The position numbers and the translations under genes are program-made. Positions 18,946 to 28,382 of a DNA stretch of 64,000 bases are shown here, piece by piece; position 1 is the stretch's first letter, and each line of letters starts with the position of its first letter. The notes under the pieces are model-generated. The model had not been told where the DNA came from and made no database searches. It was given only the letters and a program-made list of their open reading frames with translations. The stretch covers positions 32,001-96,000 of the forward strand of contig CAVTHK010000001.1 in assembly GCA_963734495.1 (NCBI GenBank), written 5' to 3'. The stretch is from an uncultured Spirochaetota bacterium. GTDB lineage: Bacteria; Spirochaetota; Spirochaetia; SZUA-6; CAVTHK01.

Positions 18946-19824
18946 ATGCCCGCCCCCACCGCCGCCCAGCGCGCCTTTACCGTGGTCAACGCCGTCGCGA
19001 TGGTCCTGCTGATGGTGGCCACCGTCTACCCGTTCGTCCACGTGGCCGCCAGCTCGCTCAGCCTCCCATCGCGGCTGATCAGCCACCAGGGTCCGGTGAT
19101 CTGGCCGCTCGGCTTTACAACGGGTGCCTACAAGATGGTGCTCGAGAATCCGATGATCGTGACAGGCTACGGCAACACGCTCGTCTACGTCCTCGCGGGG
19201 ACCGCGGTCAACATGATCGTCACCTGCACCGGCGCGTACGTGCTCTCGCGCCGCGGGCTCGGCCTGCGCAACGTGCTGATGTTCATGGCGGTCTTTACCA
19301 TGTTCTTCTCCGGCGGCCTCATCCCGTACTACCTGCAGGTCAAACGGCTCGGGCTGGCGGACACGCGGTGGTCGCTGATCTTTCCGCCGGCGCTGAACAC
19401 CTTCAACCTGATCGTGATGAGGACCTACTTCCTCGGGCAGCCCGAAAGCCTGGAGGAGTCGGCGCGCATCGACGGCGCCGGCGACCTCACGATCCTCCTG
19501 CGCATCGTGCTGCCGCTGGCCATGCCGGTCGTGGCGGTGATGGTGCTCTTTTACGGCGTCGCGCACTGGAACTCGTGGTTCAACGCCATGATCTTCCTTC
19601 GCACCCGCGACCTCTACCCGCTGCAGCTCGTGCTGCGCGAGATCCTGATCGCGAGCAGCACCTACGACATGACCACCGAGGTCTCCGGGACGGACAAGGA
19701 GCTCGTCGGCGAGACGGTCAAGTATGCGACGATCATGGTCGCGACCCTGCCCATCCTCTTCGTCTACCCCTTCCTGCAGCGCTACTTCGTGCAGGGCATG
19801 ATGATCGGCGCGCTCAAAGGCTGA
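18946..19824 (+). CDS. Carbohydrate ABC permease (LplC/UgpE-like)
   Basis: FSGGLIP, LEESARIDGA, YPFLQRYFV..GALKG; ATG 18946 after AGGAGG. Confidence 0.93.
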   Translation: MPAPTAAQRAFTVVNAVAMVLLMVATVYPFVHVAASSLSLPSRLISHQGPVIWPLGFTTGAYKMVLENPMIVTGYGNTLVYVLAGTAVNMIVTCTGAYVLSRRGLGLRNVLMFMAVFTMFFSGGLIPYYLQVKRLGLADTRWSLIFPPALNTFNLIVMRTYFLGQPESLEESARIDGAGDLTILLRIVLPLAMPVVAVMVLFYGVAHWNSWFNAMIFLRTRDLYPLQLVLREILIASSTYDMTTEVSGTDKELVGETVKYATIMVATLPILFVYPFLQRYFVQGMMIGALKG

Positions 19825-19888
19825 GGGTCAACGCCGCGACGCCGTAGACGCCGTTGACGCCGCGCCCGGGGGCGCCTAGACTCGGGGC

Positions 19889-20728
19889 GTGAGGCACGGT
19901 ATGCGCGGGGGGACACGTGCTCGCCTGCACTTCCGGCGCGGCGCGGCTGTCGCGTCGGCGCTGCTGGCGCTGGCGGCTTGCGCCACGCAGCAGGCGCGCG
20001 ACCCGGGCGTGGTCGCGGTCAAGCCGGTGACCGGCCTCAAGGTGCCCGAGGAGAGCAGGAAGGTCATCTCGGTGATGAAGTTCGACGATCGCACCACCGA
20101 GAGCGGCCAGTACCGCGCGTGGGAGCTGGGCATCCCCGACATGATCATGGAGGCCCTCGGCGCGATCCCTTACTACAAGGTGATCTCCCGCGACTCCCTG
20201 GTCGAAAAGGTGCTCGAGGAGCAGCAGTTCCAGCTCGCCGGCGTGACCGACGCCGCCACGGCGGTCAAGGTGGGCGGGCTCCTGAACGCGCAGCTCATCG
20301 TCGTCGGCTCCTATCTCGTGCTTGGCGACAAGCTGCAGATCAACGCGAAGGTGCTGGACGTCCAGAGCGGCGAGATCGTCGCACAGGCAAGCTCCGATGG
20401 CCCGGTCGGCAGCTTCTACACCCTGCACAACGACATCGCCATCCGGATCACCCAGGCGTTGAACCTCGAGCTCGATGAGAGCGCGAGAGAAAAGCTGCGC
20501 GAGCGCCGCGACACGACGGTCGTCGCCGCGTCCCTTGCGAACTACGAGGGGCAGGACAGGATCGAACAGATGAAGGCGCTCGAGCAGCAGAAGCGCGCGG
20601 CCGACGCGGCCAGGGCCAGGGAAGAGGCCCGGAAGCTGTTCGAGACGGCTGTCCAGTACGACTCGAAGTACGAGAAGGCGAAAAAGAACCTCGCGAGGCT
20701 CAGCCTCGCGATCCCGATGACGCTATAG
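19889..20728 (+). CDS. CsgG/FlgO/TolB-N-like lipoprotein with C-terminal TPR-like helices
   Basis: LAAC lipobox; KVISR..LEEQQFQLAG..ATAVKVGGLLNAQLIVVGS..QINAKVLDVQSGEIV; promoter TTGACG-17-TAGACT just upstream. Confidence 0.8.
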   Translation: MRHGMRGGTRARLHFRRGAAVASALLALAACATQQARDPGVVAVKPVTGLKVPEESRKVISVMKFDDRTTESGQYRAWELGIPDMIMEALGAIPYYKVISRDSLVEKVLEEQQFQLAGVTDAATAVKVGGLLNAQLIVVGSYLVLGDKLQINAKVLDVQSGEIVAQASSDGPVGSFYTLHNDIAIRITQALNLELDESAREKLRERRDTTVVAASLANYEGQDRIEQMKALEQQKRAADAARAREEARKLFETAVQYDSKYEKAKKNLARLSLAIPMTL

Positions 20729-20859
20729 GAGCCTGTCGGACTTTCGGCAGGCCTTCGCTCGCGCCGCTGCCGGTTGTCTGGCTGCGGCGGACCGCGGCCG
20801 GACTGGCGCGCGGCTGCGGGGCCCGCGGCGGCCCGGGGGACGAGCCCGGAAGGCGCCCG

Positions 20860-21657
20860 TTACCGGTGCAGGTAGACCACCGCCAGCACCGGACCGTGCG
20901 CCTGGTCGTCGACGCCGAACTCCATGCCGTTGCTCTTGGTCGTGATGTGGAGCCATTCGTATCGATATCCCGCCTGGACGAACAGCCGTTCGAACGCGAG
21001 GTAGTTCAGCGTGGCCTCCGCCGCAAGACCCCAGGGGTTCCGGACGCTGCCCGGGTCCTGACGCTGGCCCGACTTGTTGTCGATCAGGTCGATCGTGTAG
21101 AACGCGTAGCGGCCTCCGGCCTGCCCGCTGACGGACAGTTGCTCGGTCAGCGGGTAGCTGAACCCGGCGCCCAGCACGGGGATCACGGCCGTCACGGGCT
21201 GACTGAACCAGCTCGCCGTCGGACTGTAGTCAACGAAGATGTCGAACGACGACTGCATGTACTTGCACCCGGCGTAGAGCTTGAGGTAGCTCGACACGCT
21301 GTACGTGAAGGCCAGGTCGACGTCCGTACGCTTGAGGCGGGTGAAGATCTTCATCGGGAGGCCCAATAAATCGGCGCTGGCGTTCTGATCGAAATTGCTG
21401 ACGAGCATCATGGCGAGGCTCAAGGACCATCGGCCCGAAGGCGCCTGGTACCCGTAGACCGGCCCCATCAGAAAGCCCGTTCCCGTCGGCGCGTCTGCCT
21501 CGAACCCCTGCTCCTCCAGCGTCTGCTTGAGGTTGTCCATGACGACCGAGTCCCAGAACGTCCACCAGACCTTGACGCCCTGGTAGAAGGTGCCGGTCTC
21601 GGCTTCGAGGCCGAAGATGCTCGCGACGAGGAACACACCCAGCAGCGCACGCCTCAT
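20860..21657 (-). CDS. Hypothetical outer-membrane beta-barrel protein
   Basis: Signal peptide; amphipathic strands (DVDLAFTY, GAGFSY, QAGYRYEW); GGGGAGG SD; TTGACC-16-TATACT promoter upstream. Confidence 0.7.
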   Translation of the reverse strand: MRRALLGVFLVASIFGLEAETGTFYQGVKVWWTFWDSVVMDNLKQTLEEQGFEADAPTGTGFLMGPVYGYQAPSGRWSLSLAMMLVSNFDQNASADLLGLPMKIFTRLKRTDVDLAFTYSVSSYLKLYAGCKYMQSSFDIFVDYSPTASWFSQPVTAVIPVLGAGFSYPLTEQLSVSGQAGGRYAFYTIDLIDNKSGQRQDPGSVRNPWGLAAEATLNYLAFERLFVQAGYRYEWLHITTKSNGMEFGVDDQAHGPVLAVVYLHR

Positions 21658-21755
21658 GCCGACGCCTCCCCGACGATCGGCTTTCAGTATAGGTCGAGCT
21701 CCCGCGCGGTCAAGCAAGCATCGCGCGTCCCGTCGCGTCGCGCGTCCGCCCTGGC

Positions 21756-24329
21756 TCAGCGCGCCTCTGCCGGCTCCAGCCTCAGCTCGCCGCGCGCCAT
21801 GCGCCGCAGGCTCTCCGCACCCCAGCCGGCGGCGTGATAGGTATGCCTGCGCCACGGCGTCATGAAGTCGCTGTAGTGCCGGCTGGCGGGATGCCCGCTC
21901 TGCCCCGGCACGTGGACCCAGAGCGACCGGTCCAGGTCGCCGAGGTCGATGATCTCGCGCAGCATCGCGATGTGGATCACGTCGAAAGGCTTGTCCGGGC
22001 TCCAGGCCGAGACGCTCAGCTCGCTCAGCCCTCCGCCGACGGGTACGGCCCTGTTGAACAGGGCCTCCACCGGCTTGATGCCCGAGGAGCCGAGGGTCGC
22101 GCTGCGGAACGTCGCCTTGTGCAGCTTGCGCCACTGCCAGCGCCGCTCATCCTTGCCCAGCCTTTTCGTGGCGAGCTGGTAGCCCTTGCGGAAGGCGCGG
22201 CCGAGCATGTCGTCGCGTCGCTCGCGGACGCTCGGGGTGCGGTTGTCGTCCCACCAGGCGTTCGTCTCGTCCTTGAGCAGGAACCAGAAGTCGTTCTTGA
22301 GCCGGCTGCGGTCGGTCGCGGGCCAGCGCGACTCCGGGTACTGGTCGCGGAAGACCTCTTCGATGAGCTTCTGGAAGACGCAGGCAAAGAGGGCCGCGTC
22401 GCCGCTCTCCTCGGCCATCCTGCCGTCCCAGGCGAGGAGCCGCTCCCGCGCCTTGTGCATCGCCGCGATCTCCCTGCCGTCGGCCTCCGCGGCCTTGCGC
22501 CGCTTTGCCTCCGAGAGATCCTTGCGATCCTCCTCGCGCTGTTTGAGCTCGACGGCGTCGGGCTCCAGGCTCACCGGGCGGAAGTACGGCAGGACTTCGA
22601 GCGCCCACGTGTCCAGCACGTCGGCCTGCATGCCCTTCATGTCGTCGACCGAGAAAGCGCCGCCCTTGGCCTGGATGAGCTGGACGATGCGGCGCGCGCG
22701 GTAGCCGTAGTCCGCTTCCGAATCGATCGGGTAGCGGTATTCGGGCGCGGCAACCGCGTTGTTCGCCGAGACGATGTAGCCCTTGGCCGGATTGTAGGTG
22801 CGGGGCAGCGTGTCGAAGGGGATCATGCCGGACCAGTCGTAGGTGTCCACCCAGCCCGGCACCGGGGTGCGGCCGTCGCCGCGGGGCCTGATCGGGTAGC
22901 GGGCCACGACCTGGAAGCCAATGTTGCCATCGATGTCCGCATAGGAAAAGCTCTGCGTCGGGCCGTCCCAGGTGGAGAGCGCCCGGCGGAACTCCTCGAA
23001 GTTGCGCGCGCGGTCGAGGCGGAGCGCGGCCGCGACGGCGCCTCCCGGCGCGAGGCCCGGCCACCGCAGCGCCACTGCGGTCATGGTCATGCCCTGCGGC
23101 GGGACCTTGTCCGGACGCAGCTCGTAGCCCTGCAGCACGTCGTAGGACCCGTGGTCGCTGATGATCGGCCCGTGCCTCGTGGAGCGGACGCGCAGGACGT
23201 AGGGCTCCGTCTCCTTGCGGATCTTGATCGTCTCGTAGGCGACATCCATGTCGACCCAGCGCCCGTTGTGCTCGTACTGGTCCGGGTTCTCCGGGTTCAC
23301 CCGTTCCATGTACAGGTCCTGGACGTCGCCCGCGCAGACCGTCAGACCCCAGGCGATCCGCTCATTGTGCCCGATGACGACTCCCGGGACGCCCGGCAGC
23401 GAGAACCCGCGCACCGTGAAGCGGTCGGACTCGGCGGGGGCGTCGCACTTCAGCTGCACCTCGTACCAGAGCGACGGCATCGAGATCGGAAGGTGCACGT
23501 CGTTGGCGAGGATCGGTTTGCCTGAGCTCGTAAGCCTGCCTGACAGCACCCAGCAGTTGGAGCCCAGCCCGCCAGGGTCGCCCGCGGGCGCGGCGCCGGG
23601 CGCGCGGCGCGCAAGGGGCGTTCCGCGCAGCTCCGCCGGCAGCTCGCTCGCCGCGACCACGACCGGCATCTCCGGCCGCAGCGGCGAGAAGAAGTCCGCT
23701 GCGGCGCGCAGCCCCGCGGAGCGGATGAGCGCAAGGTGCAGCCGCTCGATCGCCTTGTAGCCGGCCAGGCTGTCGTTCATGATCTTCGACCAGACGATGG
23801 TGTCAGGGCCGGTCCAGGGCCTGACCTTCGCCTTGACCCCCTGCAGCCGCAGCAGGGCGAACTCGAGAGCCAGGCGGGAGGGCGGCCGGCGCGATATCCA
23901 GGCGTTGACGCCGGCGGCGTACGCATCGACCTCGCGCCTGGTTCCCGCGTCGAGAGTCTCGTACTCCCGCGTCGCGGTTCGCCGGAAGCCCATGGTCCGC
24001 AGGTAGATGTCGGTCTCCTTGAGCTTCGCGCCGAAGAGCTCGCTGAGCTCCCCGTTGCCAGTGCGCCGGTTCATCTCCATCTGCCAGAAACGGTCCTGGG
24101 CGTGCGCGTAGCCCTGAGCGAAAAAGAGATCCTCGGCCGACTTCGCGGTGATGTGAGGCACGCCGTAACGGTCCCTCACGATCGTCGCACCGGAGCCTAT
24201 TCCGCTCACCTTGACCCGGCCGCGGGTCGCCGGCAGCGGAGCCATCCAGAACCATAGGCTGATTCCTGCGACGAGCAGCAGCACGACGAGCAACGTCAGT
24301 CCTACGATTCGGCCGACAGTTCGTTTCAT
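21756..24329 (-). CDS. Penicillin acylase family Ntn-hydrolase, N-terminal membrane anchor
   Basis: RDRYGVPHI, AQGYAHAQDRFWQM, GSNCW (catalytic Ser), ANDVHL, TRHGP, SANN, PGQSGHP. Confidence 0.93.
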   Translation of the reverse strand: MKRTVGRIVGLTLLVVLLLVAGISLWFWMAPLPATRGRVKVSGIGSGATIVRDRYGVPHITAKSAEDLFFAQGYAHAQDRFWQMEMNRRTGNGELSELFGAKLKETDIYLRTMGFRRTATREYETLDAGTRREVDAYAAGVNAWISRRPPSRLALEFALLRLQGVKAKVRPWTGPDTIVWSKIMNDSLAGYKAIERLHLALIRSAGLRAAADFFSPLRPEMPVVVAASELPAELRGTPLARRAPGAAPAGDPGGLGSNCWVLSGRLTSSGKPILANDVHLPISMPSLWYEVQLKCDAPAESDRFTVRGFSLPGVPGVVIGHNERIAWGLTVCAGDVQDLYMERVNPENPDQYEHNGRWVDMDVAYETIKIRKETEPYVLRVRSTRHGPIISDHGSYDVLQGYELRPDKVPPQGMTMTAVALRWPGLAPGGAVAAALRLDRARNFEEFRRALSTWDGPTQSFSYADIDGNIGFQVVARYPIRPRGDGRTPVPGWVDTYDWSGMIPFDTLPRTYNPAKGYIVSANNAVAAPEYRYPIDSEADYGYRARRIVQLIQAKGGAFSVDDMKGMQADVLDTWALEVLPYFRPVSLEPDAVELKQREEDRKDLSEAKRRKAAEADGREIAAMHKARERLLAWDGRMAEESGDAALFACVFQKLIEEVFRDQYPESRWPATDRSRLKNDFWFLLKDETNAWWDDNRTPSVRERRDDMLGRAFRKGYQLATKRLGKDERRWQWRKLHKATFRSATLGSSGIKPVEALFNRAVPVGGGLSELSVSAWSPDKPFDVIHIAMLREIIDLGDLDRSLWVHVPGQSGHPASRHYSDFMTPWRRHTYHAAGWGAESLRRMARGELRLEPAEAR

Positions 24330-24419
24330 GACTGTCCTCCTCCTCGTACTCGCGGACACGTGCGCGGGGGCGCGTTCGGCGGCCTGGTTGATCCGTTGTC
24401 GCACGGGTTCCAGCTCATG

Positions 24420-26177
24420 TCAATCTTGCGAGACCGCTGGCGCCGCGGGGCGCATCCGGTAGATCCAGACATCCTCCCCGGGTCCCATCACGATCTTCTC
24501 GAAGCGGACTCCCGGGAACGACCGCAGGTACTCCTCAGGGGCGAGGGTGGCGACCGCCTCGACCGTCGCCGAGGGGTCCTGCAGCAGGTAGAGCTGGTCG
24601 AGGACCGCCTTCTCCGGGTGCTCCGCGGAGGCGGTGAACACCGGCTCGCCGCTCGCAAGGCACCGGCGGAGCTCCTTCGCGACCCGCTTCGCTTCGACGT
24701 CCGTGAGCAGCGGGATGAAGAGCGAGTGGTACACGATATCCGTCCGCTCGTGCTTGATGTCCCGGTAGTAGTAGCGCAGGGGGTAGTCGGCGCGGCTGTC
24801 GGCGCTCAGGAAGTGCGCGCCCGCGGGCAGAAGCGCGAACAGCTTTTCCGCGTACCGGTCCACTCTGTCGTAGTGCCGCCGTTCCGGCCGCATCACGAAG
24901 TCGACCGCGTCGAACGTGCCCCTGGTCCACGCGACTTCGGGGTAGCTGTCGAAGTACCGCCGCACGATCCCGCCGTCCCTGTACCACGCCCCGATGCGCG
25001 GATAGACCCAGATCGGGAGCGCGAACGCGGGCAGGCACGCCAGCAGGATCGCCCGCCGGACTCTCCCTCCGCTGCGGAGCCATTCCACCGCGAGGGTGAG
25101 AGGCACCGCGAGCAGGACGAACACGGGAAGGGCAAACGCGTACATGTCCCAGATAAAGTAGTTCGCGGACCACGCGGCTTGCGCGAGGAGGCCGGCAGCG
25201 AAGAACACGAACGTGAGACGCCGGCTCCGCTGCCGGGCAAAGACGACAATCCCGAACCATGCGAGCGGCAAGGCGGGCGACGGGTAGTTCAGGACGTGCA
25301 GCACGAGGTAGTTGAGCCTCCAGAAGAGGATCCGGTCCGCGGGCATGCCACCGGAGAACATGTACTTCCTGAAGTAGCTGCCCGTGGCATCGTCCGCCGT
25401 CGCGGCGATCCCTCTCCAGAGCGCGGCGAGGCGCGAGCCGGGGGCGGCGCCGATCCTCGCGGCCGCATCGCGCGCGAAGACGAACAGGTAGAGGCCGAAC
25501 CCTGCCGCGAAACACAGGGCTGCGATCGCGAGGCGGGAAACAGCCGGTCGCCCGTCCTGGACCGCAACCGCAACGAGCAGAGCGCCAAAGGCGAATACAA
25601 ATAGCCCCATCAGCATGTGGTTGCTGCAGCCCAGACCGAAGAAAAGGAAGGCCGCAAACAGGAAGCACGGCCTGCGCGTCCTGTCGAAGCGCACCACGAA
25701 GTAGAGAAACACCGCCATCAACGCCGTGTTCAGCGTGTAGACCTCCACGGTCGTCGAGTGCCACCACAGCGACTGCGAGATCATCAGCACCAGGGCGCCT
25801 GTGCCGGCGCTGAGCGGGCTGGAGGTGAGCTCCAGGCCGGTCAGGTACACGAAGTGCACCGTGACGGCGCCCAGCAGGGCGGAGAGCACGACGACGGCGA
25901 AGTGCACGTTCGCCGGCCGGAGGACCGCGAGCCAGAGATGGCCGAGCAGGTGGAACAGGTTGTGGGTGTTGACCCACGAGTTCAGCTCGAGGTCGACGAC
26001 ATTCGAGACGATCATCGTGGCGTCGAGCCAGCAGGGCGTGCGGCAGGCGGTCGCAACGTAGAACGCCGCCGGAATGACCCAGAACGCCAGGCGCGACGCG
26101 CGACCCGCCGCCGGACCCAGACGCCGCAGTCGAGACAGCACGCCTTCTCCCGTAAAGCCCCTCATCGCTCCGTTCAT
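24420..26177 (-). CDS. DUF2723/TMEM260-like GT-C membrane glycosyltransferase
   Basis: Multi-TM; LWWHSTTVEVYTLN and GLGCSNH motifs; ATGA overlap with the upstream gene. Confidence 0.7.
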   Translation of the reverse strand: MNGAMRGFTGEGVLSRLRRLGPAAGRASRLAFWVIPAAFYVATACRTPCWLDATMIVSNVVDLELNSWVNTHNLFHLLGHLWLAVLRPANVHFAVVVLSALLGAVTVHFVYLTGLELTSSPLSAGTGALVLMISQSLWWHSTTVEVYTLNTALMAVFLYFVVRFDRTRRPCFLFAAFLFFGLGCSNHMLMGLFVFAFGALLVAVAVQDGRPAVSRLAIAALCFAAGFGLYLFVFARDAAARIGAAPGSRLAALWRGIAATADDATGSYFRKYMFSGGMPADRILFWRLNYLVLHVLNYPSPALPLAWFGIVVFARQRSRRLTFVFFAAGLLAQAAWSANYFIWDMYAFALPVFVLLAVPLTLAVEWLRSGGRVRRAILLACLPAFALPIWVYPRIGAWYRDGGIVRRYFDSYPEVAWTRGTFDAVDFVMRPERRHYDRVDRYAEKLFALLPAGAHFLSADSRADYPLRYYYRDIKHERTDIVYHSLFIPLLTDVEAKRVAKELRRCLASGEPVFTASAEHPEKAVLDQLYLLQDPSATVEAVATLAPEEYLRSFPGVRFEKIVMGPGEDVWIYRMRPAAPAVSQD

Positions 26178-27064
26178 CGAGATCCTCCGCAGGATGCGGC
26201 CCAGAAGAGCAGGACGACCACGCTGACGGTCCAGAACAGCACGTCCAGCGCGATCGGCCGGTCCTTCATGAGCGCTTCGGCAAGATCAGACTCCACGTCT
26301 CCCCGGTAGGCCAGGTAGAGGTAGCGGAACACGCCGAACACGACAAAGGGGATCGTGGCCGCGAATCGCTCCGACCCCAGCTCCCGCATGTTCTCCGACA
26401 GGAGCACGTACAGCACGTAGGTCATGATGGTCAGCGAGGCCGTGACGATGAGCAGGCAGTTGAGCAGCTCGCCGCTGAGTTGCTCGAGCACGGCCCGGTG
26501 CTCCTTGCACCCGTTGGTCGCGATCATCTCGCCCCGCCTCTTGCTGAAGCCGAGGAAGAGCGAGAGGAAATACGTGGTGAGGAGCATCCAGCTCGAGAGC
26601 GCGACGCCCGCGGCGGCCGCCCCCGCGGCGATCCGCAGCAGGAAGCCCACGGCGACGATCATCACGTCGACGAAGAGCTGCTTCTTCAGCAGCAGGCTGT
26701 AGACCAGGTTCATGGCGATGTAGGCGGCGACGACAAAGGCCGGGGCCGCGCCGAGCGACAGCGCCGCCGCAAGCGCGAGGATCGCGAGGACGACGGCGAG
26801 CGCGAGCGCCCCTTTGACCGGAACGGCGCCGCTGGCGACCGGCCGGTTCCTCTTCTGCGGATGAAACCGGTCGCGGACGCGGTCGGTGACGTCGTTGACG
26901 GCGTAGACGCACGATGCGGCGAGGCAGAACGCGACGAGCATCACGGCGGTCCTGCGGACGGGGCCGGGCGCGCAGAAGTTGAGCGAGAACGCGACCGGAG
27001 CGAGAACGAACGCGTTCTTGATCCAGTGCCTGATGCGCATCAGCCGGACGTAGTCCGCAAGCAT
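26174..27064 (-). CDS. UbiA-family polyprenyl-phosphate phosphoribosyltransferase (DPPR synthase type)
   Basis: MRIRHWIKN, YAVND..DRFHPQKRNRPVASG, YSLLLKK..DV, GFSKRRGE, FRYLYL. Confidence 0.9.
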   Translation of the reverse strand: MLADYVRLMRIRHWIKNAFVLAPVAFSLNFCAPGPVRRTAVMLVAFCLAASCVYAVNDVTDRVRDRFHPQKRNRPVASGAVPVKGALALAVVLAILALAAALSLGAAPAFVVAAYIAMNLVYSLLLKKQLFVDVMIVAVGFLLRIAAGAAAAGVALSSWMLLTTYFLSLFLGFSKRRGEMIATNGCKEHRAVLEQLSGELLNCLLIVTASLTIMTYVLYVLLSENMRELGSERFAATIPFVVFGVFRYLYLAYRGDVESDLAEALMKDRPIALDVLFWTVSVVVLLFWAASCGGSR

Positions 27065-27075
27065 CGCGCGCCCCC

Positions 27076-28113
27076 CTACATCAGCATCCGCACGAGCCGC
27101 AGGATGCCGTGCTTCCACGGCTCGCGGTGGGTCACGCCGCGACCGGTGGCCGCCCCGGCGCCGCTGCGGAGGTACCACTCGTAGTTGCGCAGCAGCGCCT
27201 GCCTGTTCGAGTACCGCGGGTCGAAGCCCAGCACGGAGCAGGCCTTCTCGATGCTCACGACGGAGTCCTTTGCGGCGGTTCTGTAGATCCAGCCGTAGAG
27301 CGGCGAGAGACGCAGCAGCTCCATGAGCCGCAGCGCGCTTGTCGCCAGCCGGCGCGGGGTCGCAACGATGCGTCCGCCCTTGCCGGCCGCGTCGAGGACC
27401 GACTGGAAATCCTCCGCGAGCGTCGCGAAGTCGCGCGCCCCGATGTTGAAAACATCGTTGACGCGCTCGCGCGGCAGCGTCAGGCAAAGGTGGATCGCCT
27501 GGCACAGGTCCTCGACGTCCAGGAGCTGGTACCGATTGCGGCCGCTGCCGATGACAGGAAAGCATCGCCCTTCGCTGGCCCAGCTGTAGAGCAGCTCGAA
27601 GGCTCCCAGCCTCTCGGGACCGATGAACGACTTGGGCCTGAGCACGCTGACGCACAGGCCCTTCTCGCGGAACCCGGCGCACAGGTCCTCGGCCTGGATC
27701 TTCGCCCGGCCGTAGACTCCGACGCCGGTCCGCCTGTCCGACTCGGAGATCGGGCAGCGATCGGGAACTCCGTAGACGGCCGTCGACGAGACAAAGACAA
27801 AGCGCTCCACGCCGCCGCGGTGTGCTTCTTCCAGAAGGATCCTCGTTCCCGTGACCTCGGTCGACAGGACGTCGTCCGCGCCGCACAGCGGAAGCGCGGC
27901 CGCCGCGTGCACGAGCAGGTCGGTCCCGGGGATCAGCGCGCTCACGAGCTCCCTGTCGCGGATGTCGCCGCTCACGAACCGGATGAGCTCTCTTTCCGGG
28001 TAGTCGAGCTCCGCCCGGTCGAGCGCCGTGATCGGCCCGCACCCTCTTGCGAGCAGATAGCGCACGAGATTGATCCCGAGAAAGCCCGCGCCTCCGGTTA
28101 TCAGCACGCTCAT
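27076..28113 (-). CDS. NAD-dependent epimerase/dehydratase (extended SDR)
   Basis: ITGGAGFLG, SSTAVYG, YGRAK. Confidence 0.9.
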   Translation of the reverse strand: MSVLITGGAGFLGINLVRYLLARGCGPITALDRAELDYPERELIRFVSGDIRDRELVSALIPGTDLLVHAAAALPLCGADDVLSTEVTGTRILLEEAHRGGVERFVFVSSTAVYGVPDRCPISESDRRTGVGVYGRAKIQAEDLCAGFREKGLCVSVLRPKSFIGPERLGAFELLYSWASEGRCFPVIGSGRNRYQLLDVEDLCQAIHLCLTLPRERVNDVFNIGARDFATLAEDFQSVLDAAGKGGRIVATPRRLATSALRLMELLRLSPLYGWIYRTAAKDSVVSIEKACSVLGFDPRYSNRQALLRNYEWYLRSGAGAATGRGVTHREPWKHGILRLVRMLM

Positions 28114-28138
28114 GTCGCACCCCCGCTCTCTGCATGAG

Positions 28139-28154
28139 AGCAAGGCTCGTGCCA
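28139..28154 (-). promoter_or_regulatory. Sigma-54 (-24/-12) promoter
   Basis: TGGCACG-AGCC-TTGCT, exact consensus, 25 nt upstream of ATG 28113. Confidence 0.85.
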
Positions 28155-28382
28155 ATCCTGTTTTCGGACGCCTAGCTAACTCACACCGGTATAATGAGTT
28201 AAGTTGAAGGCAACCATCCCGCCTTCGCGACCGGTATCAAAGGACGGCGCTCGTTCGGAGCGCGTCTGCTGTCCTTCTCGTTGTCGTGCAACGAGTTGGC
28301 GACGCGCGACGCGCCCGGCGGAACGACGGACGTTGAGCACGGTGGGTTGCCCCGCCGCCGCTCGCGCGGCATGATGGGCCGC

